Assembly: GCA_951406725.2 (NCBI GenBank)
Contig: OX597828.1
Location: 47,616,001-47,680,000 of the forward strand
DNA from: Octopus vulgaris
Taxonomy: Eukaryota
Direction of reading: 5' to 3'
Length of the DNA stretch: 64,000 nt
Shown here piece after piece: positions 13,120 to 27,691 of the stretch. Within the stretch, counting starts at the first letter, position 1. Each line of letters starts with the position of its first letter. Below the pieces are notes generated by a model. That model ran no database searches and was not told the origin of the DNA. It saw only the letters and a list, made by a program, of their open reading frames with translations. The position numbers and the translations under genes are program-made.

Positions 13120-13330
13120 GAAGGAAGGTAGGTAGGTATGTAGGTAGGTAGGTAGGTAGGTAGGTAGGTAGGTAGGTAGGTGGATACACATACATAGATA
13201 TATACAGACAAACATACAGACAGACAAACAGACAGGCGGACAGACAGACAGATAGATATGTAGAATGTTAGTAGGAAATTAGATAGACAGATAGGTAGGT
13301 AGGTAGGTAGGTAGGTAGGAAAGAAGGACG

Positions 13331-13429
<99 letters not shown>

Positions 13430-14915
13430 CCACCTGTTCCCAGTGGAGGAGAGTATTTCAATAAATAAGAAAGCTTTGTTCGATGATAATTTGTTATCAT
13501 AGATAACTTGTTGAGGATTCACAAAGGGAAAGGCCGACAGCTGGTCCGTTCTCTCGTCGCATTCACACCAAGACCAACACGACATGGCGTATGCGCCATT
13601 TTCAATACTTTACAAATTGGTTGACTTAACAAAAAAAAACTACTTTTTACCACAACTGTTTTCAAAGTCTATCATTAATTCGAGTTTTTCTTATTTAATT
13701 TATTATCAGATCCGTTTCCTGTAGGTTTTTTTTATACATTTTAAATTTTTATTTTATTTTATTTATACTATGTTTCTCGGTTTGGTATTCTCCATATTTT
13801 TATTATTTCATTTATTTTCTTTGGTTTCTTTTTTTTTTTTTTTTTTTTTTTTTTTGCATTTTGTTAATTATGCATATCAAGGATGTGACGTTTCATTGTT
13901 TGGGTTTGACTGTTGATGATAATGAATCGAAAATGTTTTTAGAAGAGTATTTCTTTCTCTTTCTTGCCTTCCTGTTTTGTGATTGTTGTTGCTATTGTAT
14001 AGCAATCTTTCAGAGCAGCTGTCCTAACAATTTCGGTATATATGTATATGTGCTTGTGTGCGTTTATACATACGTGAGTGTATATGTGCGCATGTGTTTG
14101 TGTGTGTGTAACTGTGTGGGGGGGGATGCGAGAGAGAGAGAGAGAGAAATAAGGATCGGAACAAGTTTATACTATAGTTCTTACGTGCGTTTCGCCATTA
14201 TGGTTGTTTGGAGACCAGCATTTGGTGTTCCAAATGCATTTAGATGCTCAACTACAACAGATTACCAGAGAAACACTTTATTGCATTAAGTTACAGATAA
14301 AATGGTTATCTAAATTCATTTCGAACAACTATTTTACGGCTTCAAACAGCTACAATGGTGAAACGCACGTAGGAACTATAATATAAATTTGAATATATAC
14401 TTATTTATCCGATACTTACTCTGTAGTTCATAACTAGTGATACAACTCGGTATAAAAGTTACTTAACAACTATACCAGGAAGCCTACTCCATATATATAT
14501 ATACATATATATATATATTTGTTTACATATTTCTCGATAAATTATGAGCGCCAGGCGATATACCAGAATTCCCTAGTTTTGTCGGGACGTTCGGAGTCTG
14601 CGCAGTGATATGATTAGTTAGGGAGAGTAAATCATTAGAAGCACATGCTTCTAGTGAGTTAGGATCTCAGAAAAACAGGGTCTCACTGAAGAATTCTCCC
14701 TGAGCAAATAAATTATCTTTATTGCTGAAAAGAAAGAAACTGCAGTCTGAGAATTACCGGTTTAGTAAATGTTTTTATCTTCATTTCACTTAATTTATCA
14801 AGCTTCTGTATTCCTAGCACATATTTCGCCTTAATGTACTAATATATGAAAAATATATGGCTTGTGTTAGTAATACCAGCGATTATAATTATTTTTATTT
14901 TATCGCAATTTGATT

Positions 14916-14986
<71 letters not shown>

Positions 14987-15259
14987 ATATATATATATAT
15001 ATGTGTGTGTGTGGGTGTATGTATATATGTATGTATGTATGTATCTATATACACACACATATATATATATGTATAGATATATAAATATATATATGCATGT
15101 ATATAAATATATATATGCATATATATGTATATGTGTGTGTTTGTATATATGTTTATGTATGTATGTATGTATGTATGTATGTATGTATGTATGTATGTAT
15201 GTATGTATGTATGTATGTATGTATGTATGTATGTATGTATGTATGTATGTATGTATATA

Positions 15260-16474
15260 CAGGGTGCGGCAAAGGAAACGTCGTCTAAATTACGCAAAAA
15301 TGAAAAAAAAACTGACATCTTATTTTAACAGACATATTTACCAAAATTACATAAAATAACTTCAAATACTAAAGAGTAAATTCATTCAATAAAATCACCA
15401 TTGGCTTCAACCAAGGCCTCCAGACGACTTCGGAATCTCCTGGAACTCTTCTGGATGGTCTCCTTGTTTAAGTTGGTGAATGCTGTCATAATCCTTGCCT
15501 TCAGTTCATCTTTGATGTTACATGGAGTTTTGTTGGTCACTCACTCAAATGCGCCCCACACATAATAATCAAGGGGATTGCAGTCTGGGGAGTTAGATGA
15601 CCAGATGTTAGAGGTGATACGGTCGCAGAAATTGCCTGACAGCTATGAATGGGTTCTCCTGCTTGTGTGACATGGTGCAGAGTCCTGTTACCAGACACCT
15701 TATTCACCCAGGGCAGTACTACTTCCTCCAGGCTCTTGGTGTAGACTTCCGTGTTGAGTCTGAGGCCGTGTGAGGAGTATAACGTCGCCATTACTAGTGA
15801 TCACTCCAAACATCATGCTTTAGGGGCACAGTAAGCCAAAGGTTGTTCTGTTTGTTCATCATCTGATCCTGGCAGAATTTTTTCACGTCTGAGTAAAACA
15901 AAAGCATGTTCGGTTGGAAGGGGATGCTCGATTTTCTTCAAAAGCTTCGTAGCACGGTCTTTCCTCTTGTCCTTGATGGCTTGGGATAAAAATTGGCCCT
16001 TTCTCATCTTGTATGGGGAGTGCCGAATATCTTTATGCACTACCTGCCTGATAAGAAACTCAGGCACTTCCATGTCCCTGGCGATGGACCTGATTGACTT
16101 GGAGGGATCGTTGTCAATCATGGTCTGGATCTCACCAACAAATTCTTTTCTTATCAGAACGATCAGAGTGAGTTTTCCGAGCTACCGTACCTTCGAAATT
16201 ACCCACCATTAGACTCATCCAACTCTTTCGGAGTCCTCTGCACTGTCCTCCGATTTACACCCAAACACTCTGAAATGTTCGTATTAGAGCTTCCGGTGCA
16301 GTACAGCATGTCATATCTAAGTTTCTGGCAGAGTGAATTGCGTCATGGTGCTGCTTTCTCACAGACGGTGACCAACTGACCCTACCATAATGTGTAGTCA
16401 ATAAAACCAAAAGCAAACAATGCGCATACCCGAAATAAAAAATATATAGTGGCGACAATTTACCCATCGCAGCC

Positions 16475-16476
<2 letters not shown>
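15260..16476 (-). mobile_element. Decayed Tc1/mariner transposon, maT (DD37D)-like
   Basis: Frameshifted transposase pieces DPSKSIRSIARDMEV, KMRKGQFLS, LNTEVYTKSLEEVVLPW, QDSAPCH and WSSNSPDCNPLDYYVWG. Degenerate TIRs CAGGGTGCG.../...CGCAGCCTG in TA context. Confidence 0.85.
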
Positions 16477-16510
<34 letters not shown>

Positions 16511-17140
16511 TGAGTAACAAACATGTACAGGTGTCAATATTCATTACGGCCGTTTCAAGCGACAACTTTGATTAATGAAAACGTTACATCATTGCAAAGA
16601 AACCGTTTTCATCTGATTAGTGTATAGACCTCAAGCACAAAGGACAAACCAACTACTTAAGCATATTTGTATCACCAACGGGGCTCAAATATTTACAATG
16701 ATTCTGCTGCTATATCTTGGTGATACGAATATGCTAAATCAGTTGGTTTGTCCTTTGTGTTTGAAGCCTATGCAGTCATCTGACGAAAATGGTTTCTTTG
16801 CAATGATGTAATGTTTTCATTAATCAATCAAAAGAGTCGCTTGAAACGGCCGTAATGAATTAACACCTGTACATCTTTGTTACTCATATATATTATATTC
16901 ACCTACCCTGGAATCTGCACTTCAGAAATTATATAGAAAGTATTTTTGTATTTTTGTATACGGTACATGTCTGAATAACCAAGAACGGATCTTTTCACAA
17001 AGTTGGGTCGTGCTATCTGCATATACTGTAAGAATATCAAATACAAACACTTCTGCACAGAGTTTGATTTTCCCATAATACTGTTTGCGTGTGCAAATTA
17101 GATCAACCTAATAAGGTGTCTCAGTTCAAGTACCTAATTC
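16511..17140 (+). mobile_element. Penelope-like terminal repeat with inverted duplication and hammerhead motif
   Basis: 16511-16617 is inverted to ~16778-16887. TCAT-CTGACGA...GAAAC-GGCC-GTA-ATGA at 16776-16858. The right boundary is approximate. Confidence 0.65.
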
Positions 17141-17151
17141 AACCGAATCTT

Positions 17152-17241
<90 letters not shown>

Positions 17242-17263
17242 CATAGATACATAGATACATAGT

Positions 17264-17346
<83 letters not shown>

Positions 17347-17403
17347 CCAGACAGACAGATACATACATATATACATACATACATACATACATACATACAT
17401 ACA

Positions 17404-17434
<31 letters not shown>

Positions 17435-17514
17435 TATGTAAATATACATGCATACATTAGCAGACAATCACTCCCGACACTCACAGAAATACCGTAAGAT
17501 TTTCAATAGAAACA

Positions 17515-17990
17515 TTGTTAAAGTTAGTTATAGATGCCTATAGGGTCAAGAATACAATAAAAAATAATTCCACCTGGAATACCCCTGAAAGACACTGTAA
17601 TTATAGATCTCTGAACCGCTGTCCTCTAAAACATAGCTACTTGGAAAAAGAACTCGTATACAAGGCCAAAATAATGAACGCCAACGGAGTAATAAAGGTA
17701 TACACTGGATTGACGGGCAACTCGTTCAAGGAAAATTACATAGAGCTCCAGGCGTCATTCAGGGACAAAAATAAAAGACACAAGACATCCCTATCCAATA
17801 TAATATGGGCATTGAAAGAAGGAGGGGTAAGCAAACCCCAGATAATATGCAGCATTACTGTTAAAACCAAAAAATACAGGGGACGATGTACAAAATTAGA
17901 GCTCTGCAATACTGAAAAGCTTGACATCATCCCATCAAAGGATAACATCTAAAGCATTAGCGATGAAATCCTCTTTCCTTGCATGCAAGA
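17515..17990 (+). mobile_element. Penelope-like element GIY-YIG endonuclease remnant
   Basis: CNYRSLNRCPL..LVYKAKI..VYTGLTGNSFKE..SFR..TSLSNIIWALK..LCNTEKLDII follows the PLE C-terminal GIY-YIG pattern; several conserved residues are decayed. Confidence 0.8.
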
Positions 17991-18478
17991 GCACTATTTT
18001 ACACTCTGACATTTCAAAGAGGAATCACCAGCTACTCCACCGATACTGCCAAGATAGGTTCTTTTTTTCCTCTGAAAGTGAACTTTAAATATGTACATTA
18101 TATGAACTCCACACATTGAAAACGCATACTCTCATGATGAACTTCCTCAGTACACAGACATAGGAACATTACACACACACGCAGAGGATATCACAATATA
18201 AACAAAGTTCTCATTCTGCTCAATTTTTTCAAAAAATCAAACTCAAGGGAGATAATCACCTATGAGTTGTTACCCAAGATTCGTCTCGCTTGAATTGTTG
18301 TATTTGTTTACCAAAAATTCTTGCGTGACTTAATCGTGACTTCCCGTGTGTTTTGATGTTTCAGTCCAAAATGGAGAGAAACACCAATTTCTCTATGTGA
18401 TCGGCTTGAAACAGTGCTAAGATATTTTCTTAACATGAAACTAATGGTATTCCTAGTACACAAATTAAAAATATATGC

Positions 18479-18555
<77 letters not shown>

Positions 18556-18670
18556 TAGTAGTAACAGAAAAGAGGAATTTTGATTATCCCCACGTGGTGA
18601 GTTGTAATGTATATAAGAAATTGAAAAAGGAAAATACGCACACTTACATAGTTTTACTATAATTTTTAAT

Positions 18671-18705
18671 ATATCGACCGGTTTCGCTATCACTATTCAT
18701 GATAT
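18671..18705 (-). ncRNA. Minimal hammerhead-like motif, A3-U8 core variant
   Basis: ATATC-ATGAATA-GTGATAGC-GAAAC-CG-GTC-GATAT, within a ~130-bp repeat also present at 24630-24757. Confidence 0.6.
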
Positions 18706-19702
18706 TATGTTTTATTTATTTGAATATATATTTCTTCTTAAGAAAAAAAAATATATATATATATGTATACATACACATATATAATAGACACGCACATATA
18801 TATATATATATATACATATATGTACACATGTATATACATATAAATATATAACCTTATACCTACATATATATATATATAATTGTGTCTATGTAAATGTGTG
18901 TGTATGTTTGTGCGTGCGTATGCATATGCATGTATGTATATAATGTATGTAGTAGTGTGTGTGTGTGTATGTATGCATGCATGTAGCGGTGGGTGGGGGG
19001 CTCAAATAAACTACAAGGAAGACTAGCTGTGATTATAAACACTAAAACATTTGCATTGTTTCACAGTTCTTTGGTTTAGAATCAAAAAAGTTATTGCCTT
19101 CTTTGTTGTTGTTGTTGTTGCTGTTGCTGTTGTAGCTTCTATTCTAGTTTCAGTTCTTGACGTTGTTGTTGTTTTCTTTGTCATTGACGTTACTGCTGCT
19201 GCTGCTGCTGATGCTGCTGCTGTTGTTGTTGTTGTTGTTGTTGCTGCCGTTGGGTGCATAATGCCTCTCGCTGTTCCCCTGCTCTAAAATAATACTTCTC
19301 TGTAAGTCCTGAGTATCTGCTTTGTTTGAAATATGTCGCAGTACAAAAGTAGCGAACCTCTGTGTGTGCGTGTGTGCGTGTGTGTGTGTGTGCGTGTATG
19401 TGTGTGTGCGCGTGCGTGTACCCATTCAACTCTGTTTCTGTTTCTTCGTCTCTCTTTCTCTCCATCTTTCCCTCTCTCCCTCCCTCTCTCTCTCTCTCTC
19501 TCTCTGTTGCTCTCCCTTAATACGTATGTACTTCTCAGTAATTCCCGGTCTGTCTATCATTCTATTTATTTACGTATGTTTCATCATTTCTTCTTATTTC
19601 TCTATCAGTCTATCTGCCAATCAATTTATCCAACTATCTATTGTTTTTCTTGTTCCTCCGTCCCGACTTCTTCCCGCTCTTTGTTTCTCTCTTCTTTCTC
19701 TT

Positions 19703-19743
<41 letters not shown>

Positions 19744-19819
19744 CACCTCAAACGATTTGTGCATCCAACCTTTATGACTAGCAAACTATATTGGGAGGTA
19801 AATACATACTTACATACAT

Positions 19820-19858
<39 letters not shown>

Positions 19859-19873
19859 TAGATAGACAGATAC

Positions 19874-19974
<101 letters not shown>

Positions 19975-20074
19975 CAGACAGACGGAGAAACACATTTATA
20001 CACACATACATACGTAATTATTAGTTACGTGGTGTCGAGTAACAGCTTGCTAATTAGCCATATTACCGTTGGCG

Positions 20075-20306
20075 AGTGCAATTTATGTTCGCTTCAGTGG
20101 CAGTTTGTTTCCCTGCACATGGTCCTAGGTCCAGTCCCAATGCGTGACACTTTGGCCAAATGTCTTCTACTATAACCTTGAGCTGACCAAAGCCTTGTGA
20201 GTGGATCAGTTAAACGGAAACTGAAAGAAGCTTTTTGTATGTGTCTGTGTATACCTCCCACTACCGCTTGGTAACCGTAGTGGGTTTGTTTACGTCCCCG
20301 TAACTT
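20075..20306 (+). mobile_element. tRNA-SINE family A, degenerate
   Basis: ACCAAAGCCTTGTGAGTGGAT..GGAAACTGAAAGAAGC core shared with other copies. Confidence 0.75.
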
Positions 20307-21048
20307 ATGTATGTACGTACTATGTACATGTATGTATACATGTACATGCATGCATGTATGTATGCATATATGTATGCATATATGTTTGTATGTATGCATG
20401 TATGCATGTATGTATGCATGTATGTATGTATGTATGTATGTATGTATGTATGTATGTATGTATGTATGTATGTATGTATGTATGTATGTATGTATGTATG
20501 TATGTATGTATGTATGTATGTATGTATGTATGTATGTATGTATGTATGTATGTATGTATGTATGTATGTATGTAGCTATTCAGTTTTATTTCAAGATTTC
20601 TTGCCAATAAAGAAACGGTTTCTAACCTAAACCCAAGGCCCTGCATTGGAATTTCAACATGAACAACAGGGTATTTTTGTGTGTATATATGTATGTATCT
20701 ACGCATGCGTGTATGTATGTATGTATGTATGTATGTATGTATGTATGTATGTATGTATGTATGTATGTATGTATTTATGTATGTATGTATGTATGTATGT
20801 ATGAATGTATGTATGTATGTACGTATGTGTGTATGTATGTATACGTGCAGATTTGTATGTTTTGTTTATATATACTTAAGTGTTAAACTTCTGGAAAGTT
20901 TTACAGATTTTTATAGTTCCAGAGATAGCTTGCCTCTGTGTATATATGTATATAGATCCAAGCTGCCACTGGAAGTATAAAAAGATATAAAACTTTCCAC
21001 AAGTTTATCATTTAAGTATATATGAGCATGTCTAGCCAAACGTATCTG

Positions 21049-21080
<32 letters not shown>

Positions 21081-21235
21081 TGTATGTATGTATGTATGTA
21101 TGTATGTATGTATGTATATATGTATGTATGTATGTATGTATGCATGTATGCATGCATGTATGTATGTATGTATGTATGTATGTATGTATGTATGTATGCA
21201 TGCATGTATGTATGTATGTATGTATGTATGCATGC

Positions 21236-21268
<33 letters not shown>

Positions 21269-21534
21269 TGTATGTATGTATGTATGTATGTATGTATGTA
21301 TGTATGTATGTATGTATGTATGTATGCATGTATGTATGTATGTATGTATGTATGTATGTATGTATGTATGTATGTATGTATGTATGTATGTATGTATGTA
21401 TGTATGTATGTATGTATGTATGTATGTATTTATGTATGTATGTATGTATGTATGTATGTATGTATGTATGTATGAATGTATGTATGTATGTATGTATGTA
21501 TGTATGAATGTATGTATGTATGTATGTATGTATG

Positions 21535-21565
<31 letters not shown>

Positions 21566-21806
21566 GTGTATGGGTATATTTGTTATTTGTTTAAAATTCG
21601 CACTAACATACAAAAGACATTCAGCTCTGATACAACAGCAAGATATACAAACGTATTATGATGAAAACATGGATATACGTATACACACGCACACATATAT
21701 ACGTCTACATCTGTCTGTCTATATATATGTGTGTGTGTGCGCGCGTGTGTGTTTGTGCATCTACATAAATATATATATGTATGTGTATATATATATATGT
21801 GTGTAT

Positions 21807-21839
<33 letters not shown>

Positions 21840-22058
21840 TATATATTATATATGTTTATATATGTCCATATATGCATATAAATATACATACATGTCTATA
21901 CATATATATAATATATATACATACATATGTACATGTGTATATATATATTATATATATGTATACAAATGTATGCATATGAATATACATACATTTGTATACA
22001 TATATATAATATATATATACATACATACATATGTACATATATACACATATATATATAA

Positions 22059-22112
<54 letters not shown>

Positions 22113-22526
22113 CAGAGTGGAGGTTAACCAGTACATTCAGCCCAAGTCCCCTGGAGTGCCAAGTAAGGGAACCGTGAACATCCGAAGGGTTGTGTGTGTG
22201 TGTGTGTGTGTGTTTAAGCATGGCGTATTATGCATTTCGTTTACATAGAGAACATGTGTAAGCACACACAGCCGCACGTGAGAGTATGCGTGTATAAACA
22301 AACGTGCGTGAGTTCGACCGCTGTCACCGCAACCAATGAACTTCGTGCCGTCATTAAGATACGGAGTGATTTTGCCCTTCTGTCAAACATTAACAAGTTT
22401 ATTGTGTCTTTGTGTATATATAAAATAAGTTACCTTTGTACTCTCATTTGTGTGCCCCGGAAAATAAACGTAACCAATAACAATAGCTTATGGCCTTTAT
22501 ATATATATTGTATAGTTTATATAGTG

Positions 22527-22860
22527 AAGACGCATGGCTCAGTGGTTAGAACGTCGAACTTACGACCGTGAGGTTGTGAGTTCGAATCCCGGACCGGCCT
22601 GCGTGTTGTGCTCTTGAGCAAGACACTTTATTTCATGTTGCTCCCGTTCACTCAGGTGTAGAAATTAGTTGCTACGTCACTGGTGCCAAGCTGTATCGGC
22701 CCCTTTGCCTTTCCCTTGGATAACATCGGTGGTATGTAGAGGGGAGGCTTGTATGCATGGGTGACTACTGGTCTTCCATAAACAACCTTGCCCGGACTTG
22801 GGCCTCGGAGGGTAACTTTCTAGGTGCAGTTCCATGGTCAGTCATGACCGAATGAGGTCT
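22527..22860 (+). mobile_element. tRNA-SINE, head type B (CORE-like)
   Basis: A box TGGCTCAGTGG, B box GAGTTCGAATCC, TTGAGCAAGACACTT; second copy at 29958-30250 (minus). Confidence 0.85.
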
Positions 22861-22862
22861 CA

Positions 22863-22911
<49 letters not shown>

Positions 22912-22930
22912 ATAATATCTTTATGTGTCG

Positions 22931-23311
22931 TGGCACTCCGTCGGTTACGACAGTTACGACGAGGAAGGTTCCAGTTGATCCGATCAACGGAACAGCCTGC
23001 TCGTGAAATTAACGTGTAAGTGGCTGAGCACTCCACAGACACGTTTACTCTTAACGTAGTTCTCGAGGAGATTCAGCGTGACACAGAGAGTGACAAGGCC
23101 GGCCCTTTGAAATACAGGTACAACAGAAACAGGAGTGAGAGAAAGCTGTGGTGAAAGAGCACAGCAGGTTTCGCCACCACCCTCTGCCGGAGATCGTGGA
23201 GCTTTAGGTGTTTTCGCTCAATAAATACTCACAACGCCCGGTCTGGGAATCGTCTCCGCGACCCCACGTCTGCGAGTCCGCTGCCCTAACCACTGGGCCG
23301 TTGCCCCTTCA
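22931..23311 (-). mobile_element. tRNA-SINE, head type C, tail shared with 60111-60295
   Basis: Head matches 8304-8490; tail GGCACTCCGTCGGTTACGAC..GATCCGATCAACGGAACA matches 60111-60295. Confidence 0.85.
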
Positions 23312-23411
23312 CATCTTTATGTGTATATAGTGAATATAATCTTTGTGTATAATTTACAATGTCTTTAGGTATATTGCATATAGCCTTTATGTGTATATAA
23401 TGTATATACTA

Positions 23412-23575
23412 GACGCAAGCGTGGCTGTGGGGTAAGAAGCTTGCTTCCCAACCATATGGTCTCAGGTTCAGTCCCACTGCGTGGCGCCTTGGACAAATGC
23501 CTTCAACTCTAGTTCCGACCTGACCAAAGCTTTGTGAGTGAATTTGGTAGACGGAAACTAAATGTAGCACGTCAT
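23412..23575 (+). mobile_element. tRNA-SINE family A, 5' half
   Basis: GTGGCTGTGGGGTAAGAAGCTTGCTTCCCAACC..GGTTCAGTCCCACTGCGTGGC; similar heads at 40515-40665 (minus) and 56567-56725. Confidence 0.8.
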
Positions 23576-23587
23576 ATATATATATAT

Positions 23588-23637
<50 letters not shown>

Positions 23638-23675
23638 ACACACATATATATAAATACACACACATACACATACAT

Positions 23676-23713
<38 letters not shown>

Positions 23714-23719
<6 letters not shown>

Positions 23720-24210
23720 CAAAATGGGACAAGAAGGCAAAGCATCCAGACAGGTGATGCAAAAAAGGGACAACAACATATCTAGACAGACGATATAAAG
23801 AAAACAAGGACGGGTCATTCGGAATTTTCTTTCCTCAGTCAACTTCCAGATTATCTTTGCAATTTCGGTTTGTTATACTCGAGATTGCTCCAATCTGGCC
23901 AGCCCCAAGGAAAAACTAAGCTAAGACCATTAGATTCCTTGGAAGAAAGCAGCGAATGTATACGAAAACAAGGATGGAATAAAACAGAGAATGTTACATA
24001 AATACAAATAACAGCACATAGCAACAGGTGTCTTTCGACTAAGGACGAATTAAATTAAGCTGGCGTGTGTTGAAACAAAGCCTTACGGCAGGGATAAAAG
24101 ATTTCACAGTCACAGGGAGGAATATAGATGTTGCCGTCTCTCTGCTTCTAGCTCTCTATCTTCTCTCCCCACATGACCGGTGTTCTGCCATGCCTGATCT
24201 TTCTTTCTTA
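23714..24210. repeat. Unclassified interspersed repeat family (copies ~44337-44840, ~45677-46017)
   Basis: Shared CTAAGCTAAGA(G/C)CATTAGATTCCTTGG and GGTGTCTTTCGACT blocks; each copy begins next to (TA)n. Confidence 0.7.
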
Positions 24211-24302
24211 GTTCGGCCGTCGTGTATGTGTGTGAGAGGGTGTGTGTGTGTGTGTGTGTGCACGCATGTAAGTTTGTATGTATGTATATATATATGAATA
24301 TA

Positions 24303-24394
<92 letters not shown>

Positions 24395-24575
24395 AATCCT
24401 AAAAACAACGAAGAACAAAGACAAAAAACAACAACGCGAGGATGTGGTATAATTAGGGAAGGAAAGAAAGCTGGTTTTGCGTTTCGAGCAAAGCTCTCCT
24501 TCAGAAACAGGAGAGTCCAATAGACAAGGAAGACGAAGGGGAAAAAAAGTCAACGATTCACGTGTGGTTACATTT
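24395..24575 (-). mobile_element. Short repeat with a decayed hammerhead-like motif
   Basis: GTTT-CTGAAGG-A-GAGC(TTT)GCTC-GAAACGCA-AAAC; homologous to 9780-9960. Confidence 0.55.
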
Positions 24576-24576
24576 T

Positions 24577-24626
<50 letters not shown>

Positions 24627-24682
24627 CAAGAAATTAAAAAAGGAAAATACGTACACTTACATGGTTTTAGTATAATTTTTAA

Positions 24683-24719
24683 TATATCGACCGGTTTCGT
24701 AATCGCTATTCATGATATA
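24683..24719 (-). ncRNA. Minimal hammerhead-like motif, A3-U8 core variant (second copy)
   Basis: TATATC-ATGAATA-GCGATTAC-GAAAC-CG-GTC-GATATA. Confidence 0.6.
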
Positions 24720-24761
24720 ATGCTTAATTTATATGAATATATATTTTTTCTTAAGAAGAAA

Positions 24762-25114
24762 TTTGGTCGAACTGGAGAGAAACCTTTCAGCAGTCAGTCA
24801 ACGTAGCTCAGAACACCTTCGAGCAAACCGCGTTGGAGCGAACAAAATAGAGATCGCCGAGCCAAAATGATATAAGAGACGTTGTTCCAACCATCATTAA
24901 TAGACTAAGGAGTGCAGAGCAAAGGAGGCAAACAGCTGCAAGTATACCGCGACCCCTGCACTGACCAGTAATCCTCGCACTTGTAACATCTGCGGACATC
25001 TTTGCAAGTTGTTGGCGAAACTCAAATGCAATATTCGACAAAAGCACGATGACTGACAAAGAAAGTGTAGGTTGTCGCATCCTCATACGTCGAGGATGAC
25101 AGGCGAGTCCATCG
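24762..25114 (+). mobile_element. Probable RTE-clade LINE 3' end remnant
   Basis: SNWRETFQQ, then [22 protein letters not shown] resembling the terminal zinc finger of RTE ORFs, a short 3' UTR and a (TA)n tail. Confidence 0.45.
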
Positions 25115-25156
25115 TATATATACATATATATATATACATATATATATATATGTGTG

Positions 25157-25206
<50 letters not shown>

Positions 25207-25208
<2 letters not shown>

Positions 25209-25262
25209 ATATATATATACATACATACATATATACATATATGTAAATATATAAATATATAA

Positions 25263-25315
<53 letters not shown>

Positions 25316-25424
25316 AATATTATGTATGTATACTGTAAATACAAGTATGTGGTTGTGGTTATATGTATATGTATATATATATAATATATATATGTGGTGC
25401 GTGTGTTTGTGTTTATGTATGAAC

Positions 25425-25467
<43 letters not shown>

Positions 25468-25508
25468 TATATACATACATACATATATACATATATGTAA
25501 ATATATAA

Positions 25509-25565
<57 letters not shown>

Positions 25566-25679
25566 AATATTATGTATGTATACTGTAAATACAAGTATGT
25601 GGTTGTGGTTATATGTATATGTATATATATATAATATATATATGTGGTGCGTGTGTTTGTGTTTATGTATGAACATGTG

Positions 25680-25680
<1 letters not shown>
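25207..25680. repeat. 250-bp tandem duplication of TA-rich sequence
   Basis: Identical block GTATACTGTAAATACAAGTATGTGGTTGTGG near 25328 and 25578. Confidence 0.9.
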
Positions 25681-25726
<46 letters not shown>

Positions 25727-25790
25727 CACACAGAAATATATATATATATATATGTCTGTGTGTTTGTCTAAATATCTAAGAGCATATGTG

Positions 25791-25828
<38 letters not shown>

Positions 25829-26895
25829 GTATATGTGTGTGTGTGCATGTATGTATGTATGTATGTATTTATGTATGCATGCACGTATGTATCTATGTAT
25901 GTATGTATGTATGTATGTGTGTATGTATGTAAACATTTACATATATGTTTATTTATGCCTGTATGACATAGCGTATGTGTGTGTGTGTAAGTAATTCCAG
26001 GCCTGGCTGGTTGGTTAGATAGTCTCGACCAAAACTAATAGTTCCTCATTACAGACTTGCAGTCAATCACCAAACATTTGAGATGGCAGTTAATGGTATC
26101 TCCTTGACAGCCAGCCATCTTCGCGCGAACGCACACACACACACACACACACACACACGTACACACACATACACACGCACACACACGTACGTGCACACTG
26201 AGAAGCAAACACAAAGAAATCTTTAACCCACGTATACGTACACACAAGTCTATACACACACACATACATACATTTACTAGTTTATATATGCATGCATACA
26301 ATATTATACACATCTACACACATGTGAAGATTTATAAACCTACACATGCACACCCGCAAACGTCAATGTCACCAGCCACCCTTCCAGATGCACATACACG
26401 CTCTCACATACACACGCACGCGCACCTCCGTTTTGGGATCACCACTACTTTATTATCTCTCCTTCTTCCGAGCTCTCCCGTGTGACCCTTCTGTCCGGCA
26501 TTCTCCACGGTAGATCGTTAGCCATTAAACATTTATCTGTTTTTTCTCCCTGTTTAGTCAAAATGATTTGCTATCTTGTTTAAAAATCTCGCACCTTCTG
26601 TAATGCGACGCAGAAGTTACACCCTCCTCTGAGTTATAACTGAATTTATAAATCGAGTTCGAAACGCCGTCTGGCGAAAAGAAACTTAACTCATTTTTGG
26701 ACTACTTTCAATATAGCTCCAATACTTATTGCTGTTGTTGTTGTTGTAGTTGTTGCTGTAATAGTTGCTTCTGCAACTCCTGTTGCTGCTCTTGTTGTTG
26801 CTTTTGCAACTGTACTATGGAAGTTAATAGGTCTTCCATCATTTAACAAATTGTTAAATAACCTACGTGTTAAATAACCTACCCTCGTCGCCAAC

Positions 26896-27152
26896 TGTTG
26901 TAACGTAATTTATTACGTACAATAAATAAGATAAACCAGACCACAGTAAAAGCAATGTAACAAACTAACAACACACAATCAATATTCCTTGTGAACTTAC
27001 CAACCGATACCTTCCGACTTCACTGCGAACTAACACGAACTTCACTCGACTCCGATCTCCGAACTTCGTAACTCATTCGGATCGTTACTATTTATACTTT
27101 ACTCGGACCAGCCTATCTCTCGCAAGGGGGCGTCGTGACTCTCATCACAACA
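26896..27152 (-). mobile_element. Possible solo LTR (257 bp)
   Basis: TGTTGT...ACAACA inverted termini; TATAAATA then AATAAA in the expected order on minus. No TSD seen. Confidence 0.4.
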
Positions 27153-27392
27153 ATATTCAAATCTAGTAATTATATTTCCTCCTAATTTTTGGTCCAATGC
27201 GAACGGTGTTATGGGTGGAGGAGGAAAGTTGATTACTTCGGCACCGGTACTCGACTAAGACTCAATAATTTTATTGACCACGAAAGGATGAGAGACGAAG
27301 GTGACCTCGGTGATATTTGCACTCAGAATGCAAAGAAATCAGAAGAAATGCCACTAAGTCCCACCCCCACACCCGGACGCGTTAACGATTCA

Positions 27393-27486
<94 letters not shown>

Positions 27487-27487
<1 letters not shown>

Positions 27488-27654
27488 GAACTATTACTAC
27501 CCATGTATTTTAATTTAACTTTAAAAAAAAAAATTAACGAACTATTGAGTTTAGTTTAATGGCCTACCAATGTACACTATGAGTTTCTTTGCCCTAGGAG
27601 TCGGGAAGACACTCGGCAAGAAATGGAAGCAAATTTGAAAGAAGAAAAAAAAAA

Positions 27655-27656
<2 letters not shown>
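27487..27656 (+). mobile_element. 3'-UTR-only copy of the adjacent R4/Dong-type LINE
   Basis: Aligns with 28813-28988; flanked by (TAA)n on both sides. Confidence 0.9.

Positions 27657-27690
<34 letters not shown>

Positions 27691-27691
<1 letters not shown>

Noticed and set aside
22527-22605. Functional tRNA genes in SINE heads (also 4362, 8304)
   Set aside because: Imperfect cloverleafs that continue into repeat bodies; treated as SINEs.
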